Below are positions 7,496 to 16,198 of a DNA stretch of 57,251 nt, piece after piece; position 1 is the stretch's first letter, and every line of letters begins with the position of its first letter. Position numbers and translations under genes: made by a program. The DNA is from a virus (Duplodnaviria; Caudoviricetes), in the IMG/VR virus record IMGVR_UViG_3300046468_000977, positions 1 through 57,251 of that record, one strand, 5' to 3'. Under the pieces are notes generated by a model. The model did no database searches. It had not been told where the DNA came from and worked only from the letters and a program-made list of their open reading frames with translations.

Positions 7496-9715
7496 TTATG
7501 AGTTCTGCCGGAACTCTAGAGCAGCTTTGGCGTCACGTATAGCCATTTCTTGTTCATGTTTTTTCTGCTTGATAGCCATGTCCAACTCAGCTTTCTCCTG
7601 CGCGATCTGCATCTTAACCTGATGCTCCTGCACTTTAGAATCTTGTTCAGCTTGCTGCGCTCCTTGATCACCACCTTGCTGCATCGCTTGATCACGCTGG
7701 ATCTTCTGCACAGCTTTCATCGTGTTGTTGATCGCTTCTTCAGCATATTGCAACACTTGCTTGGCATCTCCCACCATCCCTTGAAGGGCGGGGTCGCCCG
7801 CAGCTAACTGGGCAGTGTCACTAATGTGCTGGTAGAATGCCTGTAAGATAGGCAACACCTGAATTGGGTCTGCTTGGCCCTCATTGATCGCCTGAATGAT
7901 TTGATCCAATGCCGGAACATGAACCTCCAAATGTGTCCCATGTAGCTCACTCGCGATTACAGGGACGTTCTGACCCTGCTGCAATTGCTGGTTCTCGAAG
8001 TAGGCAATCTTAACATCTACCGTAGGACGCTTCTCTACGTCAGGCGCAATATACCTGTTAGCCAAATCATGGCCCACACGGGTCGATACAATGTCCCTAG
8101 TCAAGTTCTTACGTCCAACCTCATCAAACTGCCCACTGATCCCCTGTAGCTCTTTCAGGGCCACCATACGGTTAGCATGCGAACCATTACCAATCGAGCG
8201 AACCGCCTTCGTCCGACTCACATCCAAGGTCTTGATAAACTGCTCAGGAACCCCACGCTTCGCACAACGCTCAAAGAAATCTTTAATCGACCCATCACGC
8301 TTCTTGGTCGTAACCACCCGACGAACCACTTCCCGCAGTAACCTTGTCCACGATGCATAAAACAGGTTCAAGGATGCACCAGACAAACGAGTCGTTACAT
8401 CCATATCAGATACAACCTGCATCTGATTCCTGTATGGTGAACTCTGATTCGCTCCATACGTGCTAACCGTATCAGTGTTCAACTGCAACTGCTGCGTCAA
8501 ATCTTGCAACGCTGGCTGCACCGCAGTCCCCAAGTTAGGGATCGCCTTCTCAACGATCTTAACATTCGGACTCATCACCGCATACGCACCATAGTATGTA
8601 AACTGTAACTCATCCAACGAACGCTGGTTCTCAGGCTGAATCATCACCGCCGATGCCAACATAGCCCCATCAATCTGCTGACAACGCAACCTGTTACTAG
8701 TCTGAACATGTGCAAAAATCCTCTGCCCCAAACCACGAATCGAATGATACGTCCCGTTCGATCCCACACCATACGTAAACATCACATACGCTTGCTCCGC
8801 ATTATCATAGCGAGACACTTTCTTATACAAAAATTCTTTGGGGCTGTCCTCTGCACACATGTAGTGACTCACCGACCCATCCATCTCCTTCACCCAGTAA
8901 TGCAACACCGCAACAGTAGGGTTCTGAATCCCCTGATAAATGTCGTTGTTCTTCATCTCCTGCTGAAGAATCTCAAAGTTCTCTAAGTTGCTACTCCGAT
9001 TCCTACCCTTAGTCGTGGCATTCTTAGAAATGACCCGCTTAACCTCCTCCACATCCCAACCAATCTTAGCCGCTGCTTCAGGATTCTTGATGAATGCATA
9101 TAACTCATGCAACAGGTAACTCCTTCGTCCCACAGATACATCGATACAGGATTCAGATGCAGCGGTTTGTCTAGGGATCAAGATATCACTGAACCCACCA
9201 ACGCGAAACTTCCAGTCTTCAGGCGTGTCAAAGTAAGCGATGGAAACCCCATGCTTAATAAATGTGGTGCATAATCTTAGATATGCGCTGTGGAATTCAG
9301 GCCATGATCGGATCAAATGTGTAAGCTCATCAGATACGATGCTTTCCATCGGCTCCATCTCACTACGCTCCCCCATAGTCCCTTTAACCTCAACGAGTGA
9401 TTCTAGACTCGAATAGAGATCGACATATGCAGATAGTGCGATGTCTAGTAAGCGTTGAGCTTCTCCGAAATTTAAGTTCGTTTTGAGCGGTTGGCCACTC
9501 GTCGCGAGACTTCCCTGATTATAAGGGGCCGAGCCGTCGAACATCGCGTCGATTCTGGCTCTGTTGACCGCCGACTTTTCATCTGCTTTCGCAAGCGTGT
9601 TAAAAATAGATATAGCGCACTTAACATCTTTGAGTCGTGTTTCAACGGGTTTACCTTTTTCCGTCAGAGCATCGAGTTCTAATCCGTCAATTTCTAAAGG
9701 ATAATCTGTAGCCAT
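7496..9715 (-). CDS. Portal protein (probable; podovirus type with C-terminal coiled-coil barrel)
   Basis: 739 aa, first gene of the head module, with a Q/E/K-rich helical C-terminus as in P22-like portals. Confidence 0.75.
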   Translation of the reverse strand: MATDYPLEIDGLELDALTEKGKPVETRLKDVKCAISIFNTLAKADEKSAVNRARIDAMFDGSAPYNQGSLATSGQPLKTNLNFGEAQRLLDIALSAYVDLYSSLESLVEVKGTMGERSEMEPMESIVSDELTHLIRSWPEFHSAYLRLCTTFIKHGVSIAYFDTPEDWKFRVGGFSDILIPRQTAASESCIDVSVGRRSYLLHELYAFIKNPEAAAKIGWDVEEVKRVISKNATTKGRNRSSNLENFEILQQEMKNNDIYQGIQNPTVAVLHYWVKEMDGSVSHYMCAEDSPKEFLYKKVSRYDNAEQAYVMFTYGVGSNGTYHSIRGLGQRIFAHVQTSNRLRCQQIDGAMLASAVMIQPENQRSLDELQFTYYGAYAVMSPNVKIVEKAIPNLGTAVQPALQDLTQQLQLNTDTVSTYGANQSSPYRNQMQVVSDMDVTTRLSGASLNLFYASWTRLLREVVRRVVTTKKRDGSIKDFFERCAKRGVPEQFIKTLDVSRTKAVRSIGNGSHANRMVALKELQGISGQFDEVGRKNLTRDIVSTRVGHDLANRYIAPDVEKRPTVDVKIAYFENQQLQQGQNVPVIASELHGTHLEVHVPALDQIIQAINEGQADPIQVLPILQAFYQHISDTAQLAAGDPALQGMVGDAKQVLQYAEEAINNTMKAVQKIQRDQAMQQGGDQGAQQAEQDSKVQEHQVKMQIAQEKAELDMAIKQKKHEQEMAIRDAKAALEFRQNS

Positions 9716-9724
9716 TGTCGTTCT

Positions 9725-9753
9725 AGATTACTTTGTTATTTTTAACTAGTCAA
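9725..9753 (-). promoter_or_regulatory. Sigma70-type promoter for portal, near-leaderless
   Basis: TTGACT-17 nt-TAATCT, 9 nt before ATG 9715. Confidence 0.65.
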
Positions 9754-9764
9754 TGGTTTAGAAG

Positions 9765-9792
9765 TTGACATGAAAATCGTGTTTAATATCGT
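9765..9792 (+). promoter_or_regulatory. Divergent sigma70-type promoter for the lipoprotein gene
   Basis: TTGACA-16 nt-TATCGT, 8 nt before ATG 9801. Confidence 0.55.
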
Positions 9793-9800
9793 TGAGGGGT

Positions 9801-10052
9801 ATGAAACGTGTAATCGAATTATTAGCCGTCGTAGCCTGTATCTTGTTTAGTGTCTCTTGCGCCTCGACTGGTGTGACGGGTAGTCTACCTATCCCGTTCA
9901 CGGACCCCGCTGAAGATGTTCGAGCGGTTATTAATTTGCGTCCAATCCCACCGAAAGTGTGTGTCGGGCTTGATGTTATCGCTAGACCCCCCAAATACGA
10001 GGAACTCCCAGTTCTTGAAGAGGTGGAAGTTATTGCCGAAGCACAAGACTAA
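9801..10052 (+). CDS. Small putative lipoprotein
   Basis: MKRVIELLAVVACILFSVS-C: basic N-terminus, hydrophobic core, lipobox-like Cys. Confidence 0.65.
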   Translation: MKRVIELLAVVACILFSVSCASTGVTGSLPIPFTDPAEDVRAVINLRPIPPKVCVGLDVIARPPKYEELPVLEEVEVIAEAQD

Positions 10053-10531
10053 CTAAGAGTAGACTCATCACCCCAAACCCGTTCCGTTAGCAAGTCTGAC
10101 CGAACGGGTTTTCTTTTTCCGTTTTCTAACCTCAATATAGCATAGGGGAACCCTTTCCTAGTGTGTTCCTTAACCATATACACCTCCCCCGCTCTTGGAC
10201 CCTTTGCCCTCGGATTTATCCGGTAAATTGCACCGTAATGTGATACAGCGTAATCGGGATATTCAGGGATTATCTTTGCTTTATCCACGTTGAGAACCCA
10301 GTCTTTAGTAAATGGTTTGTATTGGGGATCATCTATTTTATCTGGGTCAAACCTAAACTGCCGCCCTTCAGGATCTTTAACAGTTACGTAAGACCTATAA
10401 CCAGTCCATTGTGGTTTTAATGGCTTCTTTGTCTTTAAATTAAAGACCTGACCATTGCCCGCAACAACATATCTATTATCTGCTTTGGGTATATTTCGGA
10501 ACCCCACGGGGATGACATAATCTGAAGACAT
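10049..10531 (-). CDS. Protein with two NUMOD4-like motifs and no HNH nuclease domain
   Basis: FRNIP..DNRYVVAGNGQVFN and KIIPEYPDYAVSHYGAIYRI resemble NUMOD4 starts. Upstream TTGTAA-16-TAGGGT-5 nt-ATG. Confidence 0.55.
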   Translation of the reverse strand: MSSDYVIPVGFRNIPKADNRYVVAGNGQVFNLKTKKPLKPQWTGYRSYVTVKDPEGRQFRFDPDKIDDPQYKPFTKDWVLNVDKAKIIPEYPDYAVSHYGAIYRINPRAKGPRAGEVYMVKEHTRKGFPYAILRLENGKRKPVRSDLLTERVWGDESTLS

Positions 10532-10572
10532 GCCCGACCCTAGCTTAACAGTAATAAATTACAACTGTTAAG

Positions 10573-10830
10573 TTATTTTTTCTTCTTACTTTTTTTAGCC
10601 CTCTTCCGGCTAGTCGCTCTCAGGAAAGCCTTTCTCTCTGCTTCGGTGTAGCTTGCTCGCTTTTTCCCCGATGCCGTAGCCTTTCTTTTTTTACGGTTCC
10701 CCGCAGCTTTTTGCGCGGAAGTTAGTTTATTCCGTGCTTTTTTTGGTAAGTAGCGACCGCCCTTAGAGTCTGACCCCCAATCTTCTTTAGTCCACTTATC
10801 TAAGTCTTTTTGTGATTTCTTCTTCGGCAT
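10573..10830 (-). CDS. Basic protein resembling the C-terminal half of DUF5872
   Basis: SQKDLDKWTKEDWG...GRYLPKKA..KLT pattern; very Lys/Arg-rich. Confidence 0.65.
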   Translation of the reverse strand: MPKKKSQKDLDKWTKEDWGSDSKGGRYLPKKARNKLTSAQKAAGNRKKRKATASGKKRASYTEAERKAFLRATSRKRAKKSKKKK

Positions 10831-11009
10831 TACTTGTATCCTCCCCCTTTAGCTTTGTATTCCCGCGCGAGCATCTGGGCTTTTCTCGCAGACCATACAC
10901 CAGCGGGACCGCCTTTAGAACCTGCTTTAATGCGCTCAAACAATCTTTTACGCATTGTGGGCTTAGTATAGTTACCCGCACTGTTTACTGTAGATTTCTT
11001 TTTCTTCAT
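10830..11009 (-). CDS. 59-aa basic protein resembling the N-terminal half of DUF5872 (not in the ORF track)
   Basis: Translated by hand: MKKKKSTVNSAGNYTKPTMRKRLFERIKAGSKGGPAGVWSARKAQMLAREYKAKGGGYK. Its stop overlaps the next ATG (TAATG). Confidence 0.75.
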   Translation of the reverse strand: MKKKKSTVNSAGNYTKPTMRKRLFERIKAGSKGGPAGVWSARKAQMLAREYKAKGGGYK

Positions 11010-12334
11010 TCAAACTCAAGTTTTATTGCTCTTGATGTTCCTGCTAACCCCAAATAAGCACTGTTGTCCTTAACCACTGCCGCCGTCGAGTATCCTGTTC
11101 CGAGGCTCATTATACCAGAACCTTCTTCAACTGTGAGCTTACCATCCATAAACTCATACTCGTAATCTTTCCACTGAATCTCGAGCGTGGCGGGGTTTAT
11201 TCGGAAGCATTTCGTATCTGCCCAGAAAGCACTATATAGCCAACCATCAGGCCCGAGGTAGCCGTGAAAGTTTTTGTTCTTATTGGCGACAGATAAGTAT
11301 TCTTTAGGTAGTCCTACTTCTCGATAAGAGTCGTCTGAACAGTTTATTACTAGGAACTTTTTACCTTGGCGGGGTAAGCAGAAAATCTTATCAACTGACT
11401 CAACATAAGTGGCCCCAACATACTTTACTGAAAAGCCGGAAACCCCTGACGTGACTGGTGGCCCATCTAAATATTTAAATACGCCATTTTTATCAATCTT
11501 TGCAACACTCGTTCCAAGTGCGGGTGGCATATAAACCTCTCCTTTCTTATCGGAAGCCGCTCCCCAGATATGATTAAACATTGTAAACCTCTTTGGTTTT
11601 GGCGGTCTGAATGAGGACACTTCTTCTGTCTTTGTATCGTAGGTGTAAATCTGAAGCGTCTTTGTATATGATGGCATGTAGATTATTCCGTTGGTCCCTT
11701 CTGCCCCCGACCTAACTTGAGGACTCATCCTAAATTTCTTATCTACAGAAATTGAACCTGTCTTTCTACCTAGTCGTGCTATCGAACTTGCGTAGGCGGG
11801 TAAGAAATAAGTGTAACCGTCTGACGCTTCTACATTTCCAATGAAACCTTTGTAGCCTGTATCCTGTCTTTCGATACTGTCTTCGGCAGTATTTGTTTTA
11901 ATATATACATCGGATTTATACCCCAATGAGTGGATCGTTCCATCATCACTTAGAGCCATTGTTCGCGTCTTTGTTAGGTTCCCCTTGAACTCTCCTCCTA
12001 GATACTTGAAGCGGGGCCAAGGTGTGTAATTATTTGTGGAGAAACTTGATGTCACACTTGATGTCACACTTGATGTCACACTTGATGTCACACTTGATGT
12101 CACACTTGATGTCACACTTGATGTTACACTTGATGTCACACTTGATGCCACACTTGATGCCACACTTGATGTGACGGAAACGGCAGGGGTGACAAATACA
12201 CTTGAAGTAACAGAGACTGATGAAGTAACCGATGGATCTTTCTTAACGGTTGGTTTAGACTCACCAAATTCGTCAAGCTCTTTTAAAGCTTCTTGAAGAG
12301 CCTTGATTAAATCGGATATTAATTTGTATAACAT
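11006..12334 (-). CDS. Beta-propeller protein with N-terminal amphipathic helix and Ser/Thr/Val repeat linker
   Basis: Repeated blades G..[AS].DG..Y..P.....I..[IL] (e.g. GNVEASDGYTYFLPAY, GAASDKKGEVYMPPAL, GYLGPDGWLYSAF); (SVTS)n linker. Confidence 0.7.
   Translation of the reverse strand: MLYKLISDLIKALQEALKELDEFGESKPTVKKDPSVTSSVSVTSSVFVTPAVSVTSSVASSVASSVTSSVTSSVTSSVTSSVTSSVTSSVTSSVTSSFSTNNYTPWPRFKYLGGEFKGNLTKTRTMALSDDGTIHSLGYKSDVYIKTNTAEDSIERQDTGYKGFIGNVEASDGYTYFLPAYASSIARLGRKTGSISVDKKFRMSPQVRSGAEGTNGIIYMPSYTKTLQIYTYDTKTEEVSSFRPPKPKRFTMFNHIWGAASDKKGEVYMPPALGTSVAKIDKNGVFKYLDGPPVTSGVSGFSVKYVGATYVESVDKIFCLPRQGKKFLVINCSDDSYREVGLPKEYLSVANKNKNFHGYLGPDGWLYSAFWADTKCFRINPATLEIQWKDYEYEFMDGKLTVEEGSGIMSLGTGYSTAAVVKDNSAYLGLAGTSRAIKLEFE
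12044..12175. repeat. 12-bp tandem repeat x11 (acttgatgtcac) encoding (VTSS)n
   Basis: Counted directly; variants gttac, gccac and gtgac. Confidence 0.95.
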
Positions 12335-12340
12335 ATTCCC

Positions 12341-12610
12341 TTACCACTTTACTTTGTTTGCCCAGTAAGCTGCGGAGCATGGACCTTTTGCTATGTTCTT
12401 GCGATGCCTGCTCTTAAACGCTTTTCGCTGCTTGGCACTCTGATTAGTCTTTGCACCCTGTTCCCCGAACCTGATTAACTTAGGTTTGCCATTGCAGTTA
12501 GCGACTACAACATGGGATTTAGTTTTATGGCTGGGTGTGCGCTTTGCTTTGCCCATACCGGAAACCCCTGCTCGTTTTAGTAAGCTTTTGCGTAACTTAG
12601 CGTTCGACAT
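12341..12610 (-). CDS. Small basic conserved viral protein (DUF5754/DUF6321-like)
   Basis: KLIRFGEQG...RKAFKSRH...SAAYWANKVKW pattern common in aquatic phages. Confidence 0.6.
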   Translation of the reverse strand: MSNAKLRKSLLKRAGVSGMGKAKRTPSHKTKSHVVVANCNGKPKLIRFGEQGAKTNQSAKQRKAFKSRHRKNIAKGPCSAAYWANKVKW

Positions 12611-12614
12611 TGGA

Positions 12615-13676
12615 TTATGACATTCTTTTGTTTATAGCTTCTTGGAAAGAATCTTCTTTCTCAACAAACATTGGGGCGAGTTCACTGAAGAACTTTAGAC
12701 GTTGTTCGCTATTATTTCCCTTCGATTGTTTGCGGAGGTAGTTTATCAGGCGGCTTCCTTCTTTAGATAAGTAATCGAAATTTTCGTCTGACTTAATTAG
12801 TTTGTAAAGCTGGTCAGGCTGCGTGAGTCTTTTCCCCGTTTCTTTAAAGTGTTCTCGCTGAAACTTCCCCAATGCTTGAAACAACTCATCTCTATCGTCA
12901 AAGTAGCTTTTTTTTATATCACCACTACGTGGGGGATAAGCCGTGGGTTTCCGTGAAGGAGAGTCATCCTTGAGTGTGTGCTTAAAACTTTTATATACGG
13001 TGTCAGCCTTTGGCTCAAATTCTTGAGCGCGATATACTTTATGCCCTAACTCATGTTCGAGCGAAGTCCTAGTCACATCATCTTTTATTTCACCCGCTCG
13101 TTTCTTCATAGCTGAGTCGTCATCTCGGTCTATTTGAAGATCCTTATCTTCAAGGCCGACGAAGCCCCCAAAATTTGTGAACTCGTTTAATATTAGGTTG
13201 TCAATGTATCTGTCTTGTAACCTATCTGCTTCAATTTGATTGATACCTTCTTTCGTGGTCTGATCCAACGCGAGATCCGCATTGTGTAAACCAATCTTTA
13301 CAGCACGGGGGCCACCTACGTTCACAGTCTCATCTTTTATATTATAACTAGCCCCGTAGTTAGGGTTTACGTAAACAGGCACATCTTGGAACATCCGCTG
13401 CCCAAAGTTTTTTTCTTGTAGGAAATCTTCCCTTCGCACTGCGGCATTGCGAGATTTGTATGGGCGGCTCCTCATCTCACCCTTGCCGTAACCCTTAGCG
13501 GCAGCTAATTCTTTTCTAAGTTGTTCCTCTCCCCCGTAATACCCTTTAATGAACTCAGCGGCGTTTGTTTTGTATGGGCCTGATACTTCTCTGTCGTTAA
13601 ATGCTTTTTTACCAATCAGAGAAATCATCTGCTTAGATGTAAGCAGTTTATTTTTTAAGCTCTCCTCTGATGGCAT
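12615..13676 (-). CDS. Hypothetical late protein with zincin-like HExxH motif
   Basis: LEHELGHKV with a downstream Glu (DRDELFQ); C-terminal SFQEAINKRMS. Confidence 0.6.
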   Translation of the reverse strand: MPSEESLKNKLLTSKQMISLIGKKAFNDREVSGPYKTNAAEFIKGYYGGEEQLRKELAAAKGYGKGEMRSRPYKSRNAAVRREDFLQEKNFGQRMFQDVPVYVNPNYGASYNIKDETVNVGGPRAVKIGLHNADLALDQTTKEGINQIEADRLQDRYIDNLILNEFTNFGGFVGLEDKDLQIDRDDDSAMKKRAGEIKDDVTRTSLEHELGHKVYRAQEFEPKADTVYKSFKHTLKDDSPSRKPTAYPPRSGDIKKSYFDDRDELFQALGKFQREHFKETGKRLTQPDQLYKLIKSDENFDYLSKEGSRLINYLRKQSKGNNSEQRLKFFSELAPMFVEKEDSFQEAINKRMS

Positions 13677-13682
13677 AGCGGG

Positions 13683-13710
13683 AGAATACCATTTCTAGCG
13701 GGGCAGTCAA
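13683..13710 (-). promoter_or_regulatory. Sigma70-type promoter, leaderless
   Basis: TTGACT-16 nt-TATTCT, 6 nt before ATG 13676. Confidence 0.65.
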
Positions 13711-13732
13711 TAACGTGGGTTTGAGCGGTGTT

Positions 13733-14380
13733 TCAATTCAATTTTTGTGCGTATTCCTTAATTAGTTCCTCTCTGATTTCTGAAGATAAGTTGCCTGAGA
13801 AGTGACATATGAAGTCGCCTTCAATGTAATTATAGTAAAAGCTGTTGAACTTACTTGTTACGTATTCGACATCTACTTTGGTGGAGAAATCTAGGATGTC
13901 TTTTTTCCAAAAGTAATTCATTGCATCGTTATCCCACCACACATCCCACAAATATTTTGGGTTTTTTTCACCCCACTCCCACCACAGTTTAAGGAGTTCA
14001 ATTGACCATTCAGTATTCTTTATAAAAAACTGACCAGTGTTCAAAACGTGCCGACACTGTTCACCGCAATATTCGCCACAGCCCTGACTCGCTATTATTA
14101 AATCCTTATCGCCTTTAATAAAATCCTCTATGCGAATAGAGTGATTCATAATCAATGAGTCGATGTCAGACCAAAACACCCAATCCACATCTTCTTTCTC
14201 GAAAATATCAAGAATGAAAGGGATTCTATACCAAGCGGGATGCCTGTCTTTAGGATATTCAATCCTTTTGTGAAAAAATTGATATGCCTTAGCGTCGCAA
14301 TAAGATTTGGTATTGTTGGTTACAGTTGATGACCAAGAGTCGTAATTGGGAGTATATAACTGAGCAATCGCTATCTTCAT
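13733..14380 (-). CDS. Glycosyltransferase, GT34 (GMA12/MNN10)-like
   Basis: RHPAWYRIP, WVFWSDIDSLIMN (DxD), LNTGQFFIKNTEWS, FICHFSG. Likely start MKIAIAQ at 14380 (alternative 14419). Confidence 0.8.
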   Translation of the reverse strand: MKIAIAQLYTPNYDSWSSTVTNNTKSYCDAKAYQFFHKRIEYPKDRHPAWYRIPFILDIFEKEDVDWVFWSDIDSLIMNHSIRIEDFIKGDKDLIIASQGCGEYCGEQCRHVLNTGQFFIKNTEWSIELLKLWWEWGEKNPKYLWDVWWDNDAMNYFWKKDILDFSTKVDVEYVTSKFNSFYYNYIEGDFICHFSGNLSSEIREELIKEYAQKLN

Positions 14381-14393
14381 AGTTTTACCCCCT

Positions 14394-15149
14394 TCATAGT
14401 TTTGGCGCTTCATGCCCATAAAATTTTAAGCGCATTAGATCCTCAATGGTGTTATTCAAACCATGTGTTTCCCAATAATTACGCTGCTTCTCGTAATTCT
14501 CCCTATGGAGACTATCAACATTTTGAGGGTTTATTTCAGACCCAAAAGAATTTTTGTAGAGTAAGAGGGGTATCGTGTAAGTATTTCCTGAGTTGTAAAC
14601 TAATTGATCCGAAACTGCCCTCGGCAATACCCCATTGTCTAATTTGAATTTTTCATCGGGGCAATGTAGCCTTATCAGTTTCTCTGCATGGTTTCTAGTT
14701 ATAAGGTAACACGCCGTGGAATACTCATTTATAAATCTTGTGTGGATGTAGTAGTAGACACAAGTAGTGCATATTACGCTAATCTGACACACATCCCAAT
14801 CATAGGGGAGCCTCTCGAAAAAATCCCCCCAAGAAAAGCCCCAAAAGTTTACTAAGTCTAACTCACAGTCATCTTCCATCACCACAGCATATGGTTCTCC
14901 CGAAGCGTAAAACTGCTTGATAGCATCCAAATGTGAAATTGCACAACCAATTTCAGAAGGTGACATGTCTGGCGGGGTTTCTCCTTCAAGGAGATAGCGT
15001 AAGTCTTTTTTCCCGTCGTGAGCAGATACTCGGTTGTAATCGGTTATACCCCATTGTCTAAATTGATCTTCCATGAAAGCCCATCTGTCCTTCCGGTGAT
15101 CTAGGTTGATGCAGTATATCTTACTTATCCCATTTAACTTACTCTCCAT
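14394..15149 (-). CDS. Glycosyltransferase family 25
   Basis: IYCINLDHRKDR, RVSAHDG, EIGCAISH, VVMEDD, STACYLI. Confidence 0.85.
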   Translation of the reverse strand: MESKLNGISKIYCINLDHRKDRWAFMEDQFRQWGITDYNRVSAHDGKKDLRYLLEGETPPDMSPSEIGCAISHLDAIKQFYASGEPYAVVMEDDCELDLVNFWGFSWGDFFERLPYDWDVCQISVICTTCVYYYIHTRFINEYSTACYLITRNHAEKLIRLHCPDEKFKLDNGVLPRAVSDQLVYNSGNTYTIPLLLYKNSFGSEINPQNVDSLHRENYEKQRNYWETHGLNNTIEDLMRLKFYGHEAPKL

Positions 15150-15255
15150 CTTTGGCGGGGGGTTTGCGAAAGTTCATTTTGAAAGTATTCTAGATTTACA
15201 ACTTTTCAATAGTAAATTACTAATGGTAATATGAGCTACAGAAATACTTTTGATT

Positions 15256-15498
15256 TCATTTTCTGCGGGAAGCGACTTTCGCTGCATATACTTCTGCTCT
15301 CCTTTTGAGAATCCTCTCCTTGTTCTTGAGGTAGTAACTTTTGTTATAGTCTTTTCTCTGCTCGAACTTTTCTGGGTCGGCAAGCTCCTCCACTCGTCGC
15401 TTGCTCATTATCCGATCCTTGTTGTTTAGGTAATACTGACGCTGGTAATCCTTCCGTGCATCCCGATTCCTGCCGTAGTAGCTCTCTGCTTTGTCCAT
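15256..15498 (-). CDS. Small basic helical protein (Y..N[KR]..I repeats of the type seen beside HNH domains)
   Basis: Likely start MDKAESYYGRNR at 15498; repeats QYYLNNKDRI and SYYLKNKERI. Confidence 0.6.
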   Translation of the reverse strand: MDKAESYYGRNRDARKDYQRQYYLNNKDRIMSKRRVEELADPEKFEQRKDYNKSYYLKNKERILKRRAEVYAAKVASRRK

Positions 15499-15659
15499 AT
15501 TTCGCCCTATTTCAAGTGTGTGCAGGGTTTTAGTCAAGTTTTTTCCTGTAGACACATATATACATATATCGTGCCTCACAAAAAACACCGTATAGGGGGG
15601 TGGCGTGTCAAACGAAAAACAAGCGTAATCGGTTGAGGGCCAAGAGCCAAACGGTGACC

Positions 15660-15937
15660 GCTCCTGAGTCGCGGACCTTGCATCGTGAACCATTAGCCAT
15701 GATCCCTTTTTCATTATTCAAGTATCAGGAATCAAAATGCACGGTGCCGGAATCATTTTCGAGGGTCACGGGCTGATCTTGCTGCTCTCCCGATCTTGAA
15801 CCCTAATCTGAGAAATGGCGCGACTTCTCGAATCGTGTTTCGTGAATCTTGCACCTTGAATCCTGTATAATTAACTAGGAAAAAAGGCGCTGGAAAATCT
15901 CACTTCGAGCGGGGGCAATGGTGCAAGGTGCAAGGAT
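15660..15937. repeat. Arrays of degenerate 7-bp repeats (consensus about AAYCYTG) in direct and inverted orientation in the major non-coding region
   Basis: e.g. aatcgtg-tttcgtg-aatcttg-caccttg-aatcctg (15831-15865); inverted caaggtg-caaggat (15924-15937). Confidence 0.7.
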
Positions 15938-16198
15938 CGTGCAAAATTGTTTCGATTTATCTTTACTTTCGATTCTAAAACTTTCGAGGAAATAGCTCTC
16001 TAACTCATTGATTTACAACGGTTTAGATCGTAGCGTCAGGATGGCCTGTGTTGCGTGTTCAAGGTCTTTTCCTTAGTCCTATAAGGGGCGAAAAGTGAAG
16101 CTCTCAAAAACGATCCTCGATTAATTTGCATTAAAAACCCCTTAAAATGGAGGTTTTGAAATAGTCTGAAAATAATGTGAAATAAATGAATATTTGTC

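Noticed and set aside
12036-12296. Plus-strand (LDVT)n ORF
   Set aside because: Antisense shadow of the VTSS repeat.
15499-15714. N-terminal extension of the 15256-15714 ORF
   Set aside because: Runs through the non-coding repeat region; protein-like sequence starts at Met 15498.
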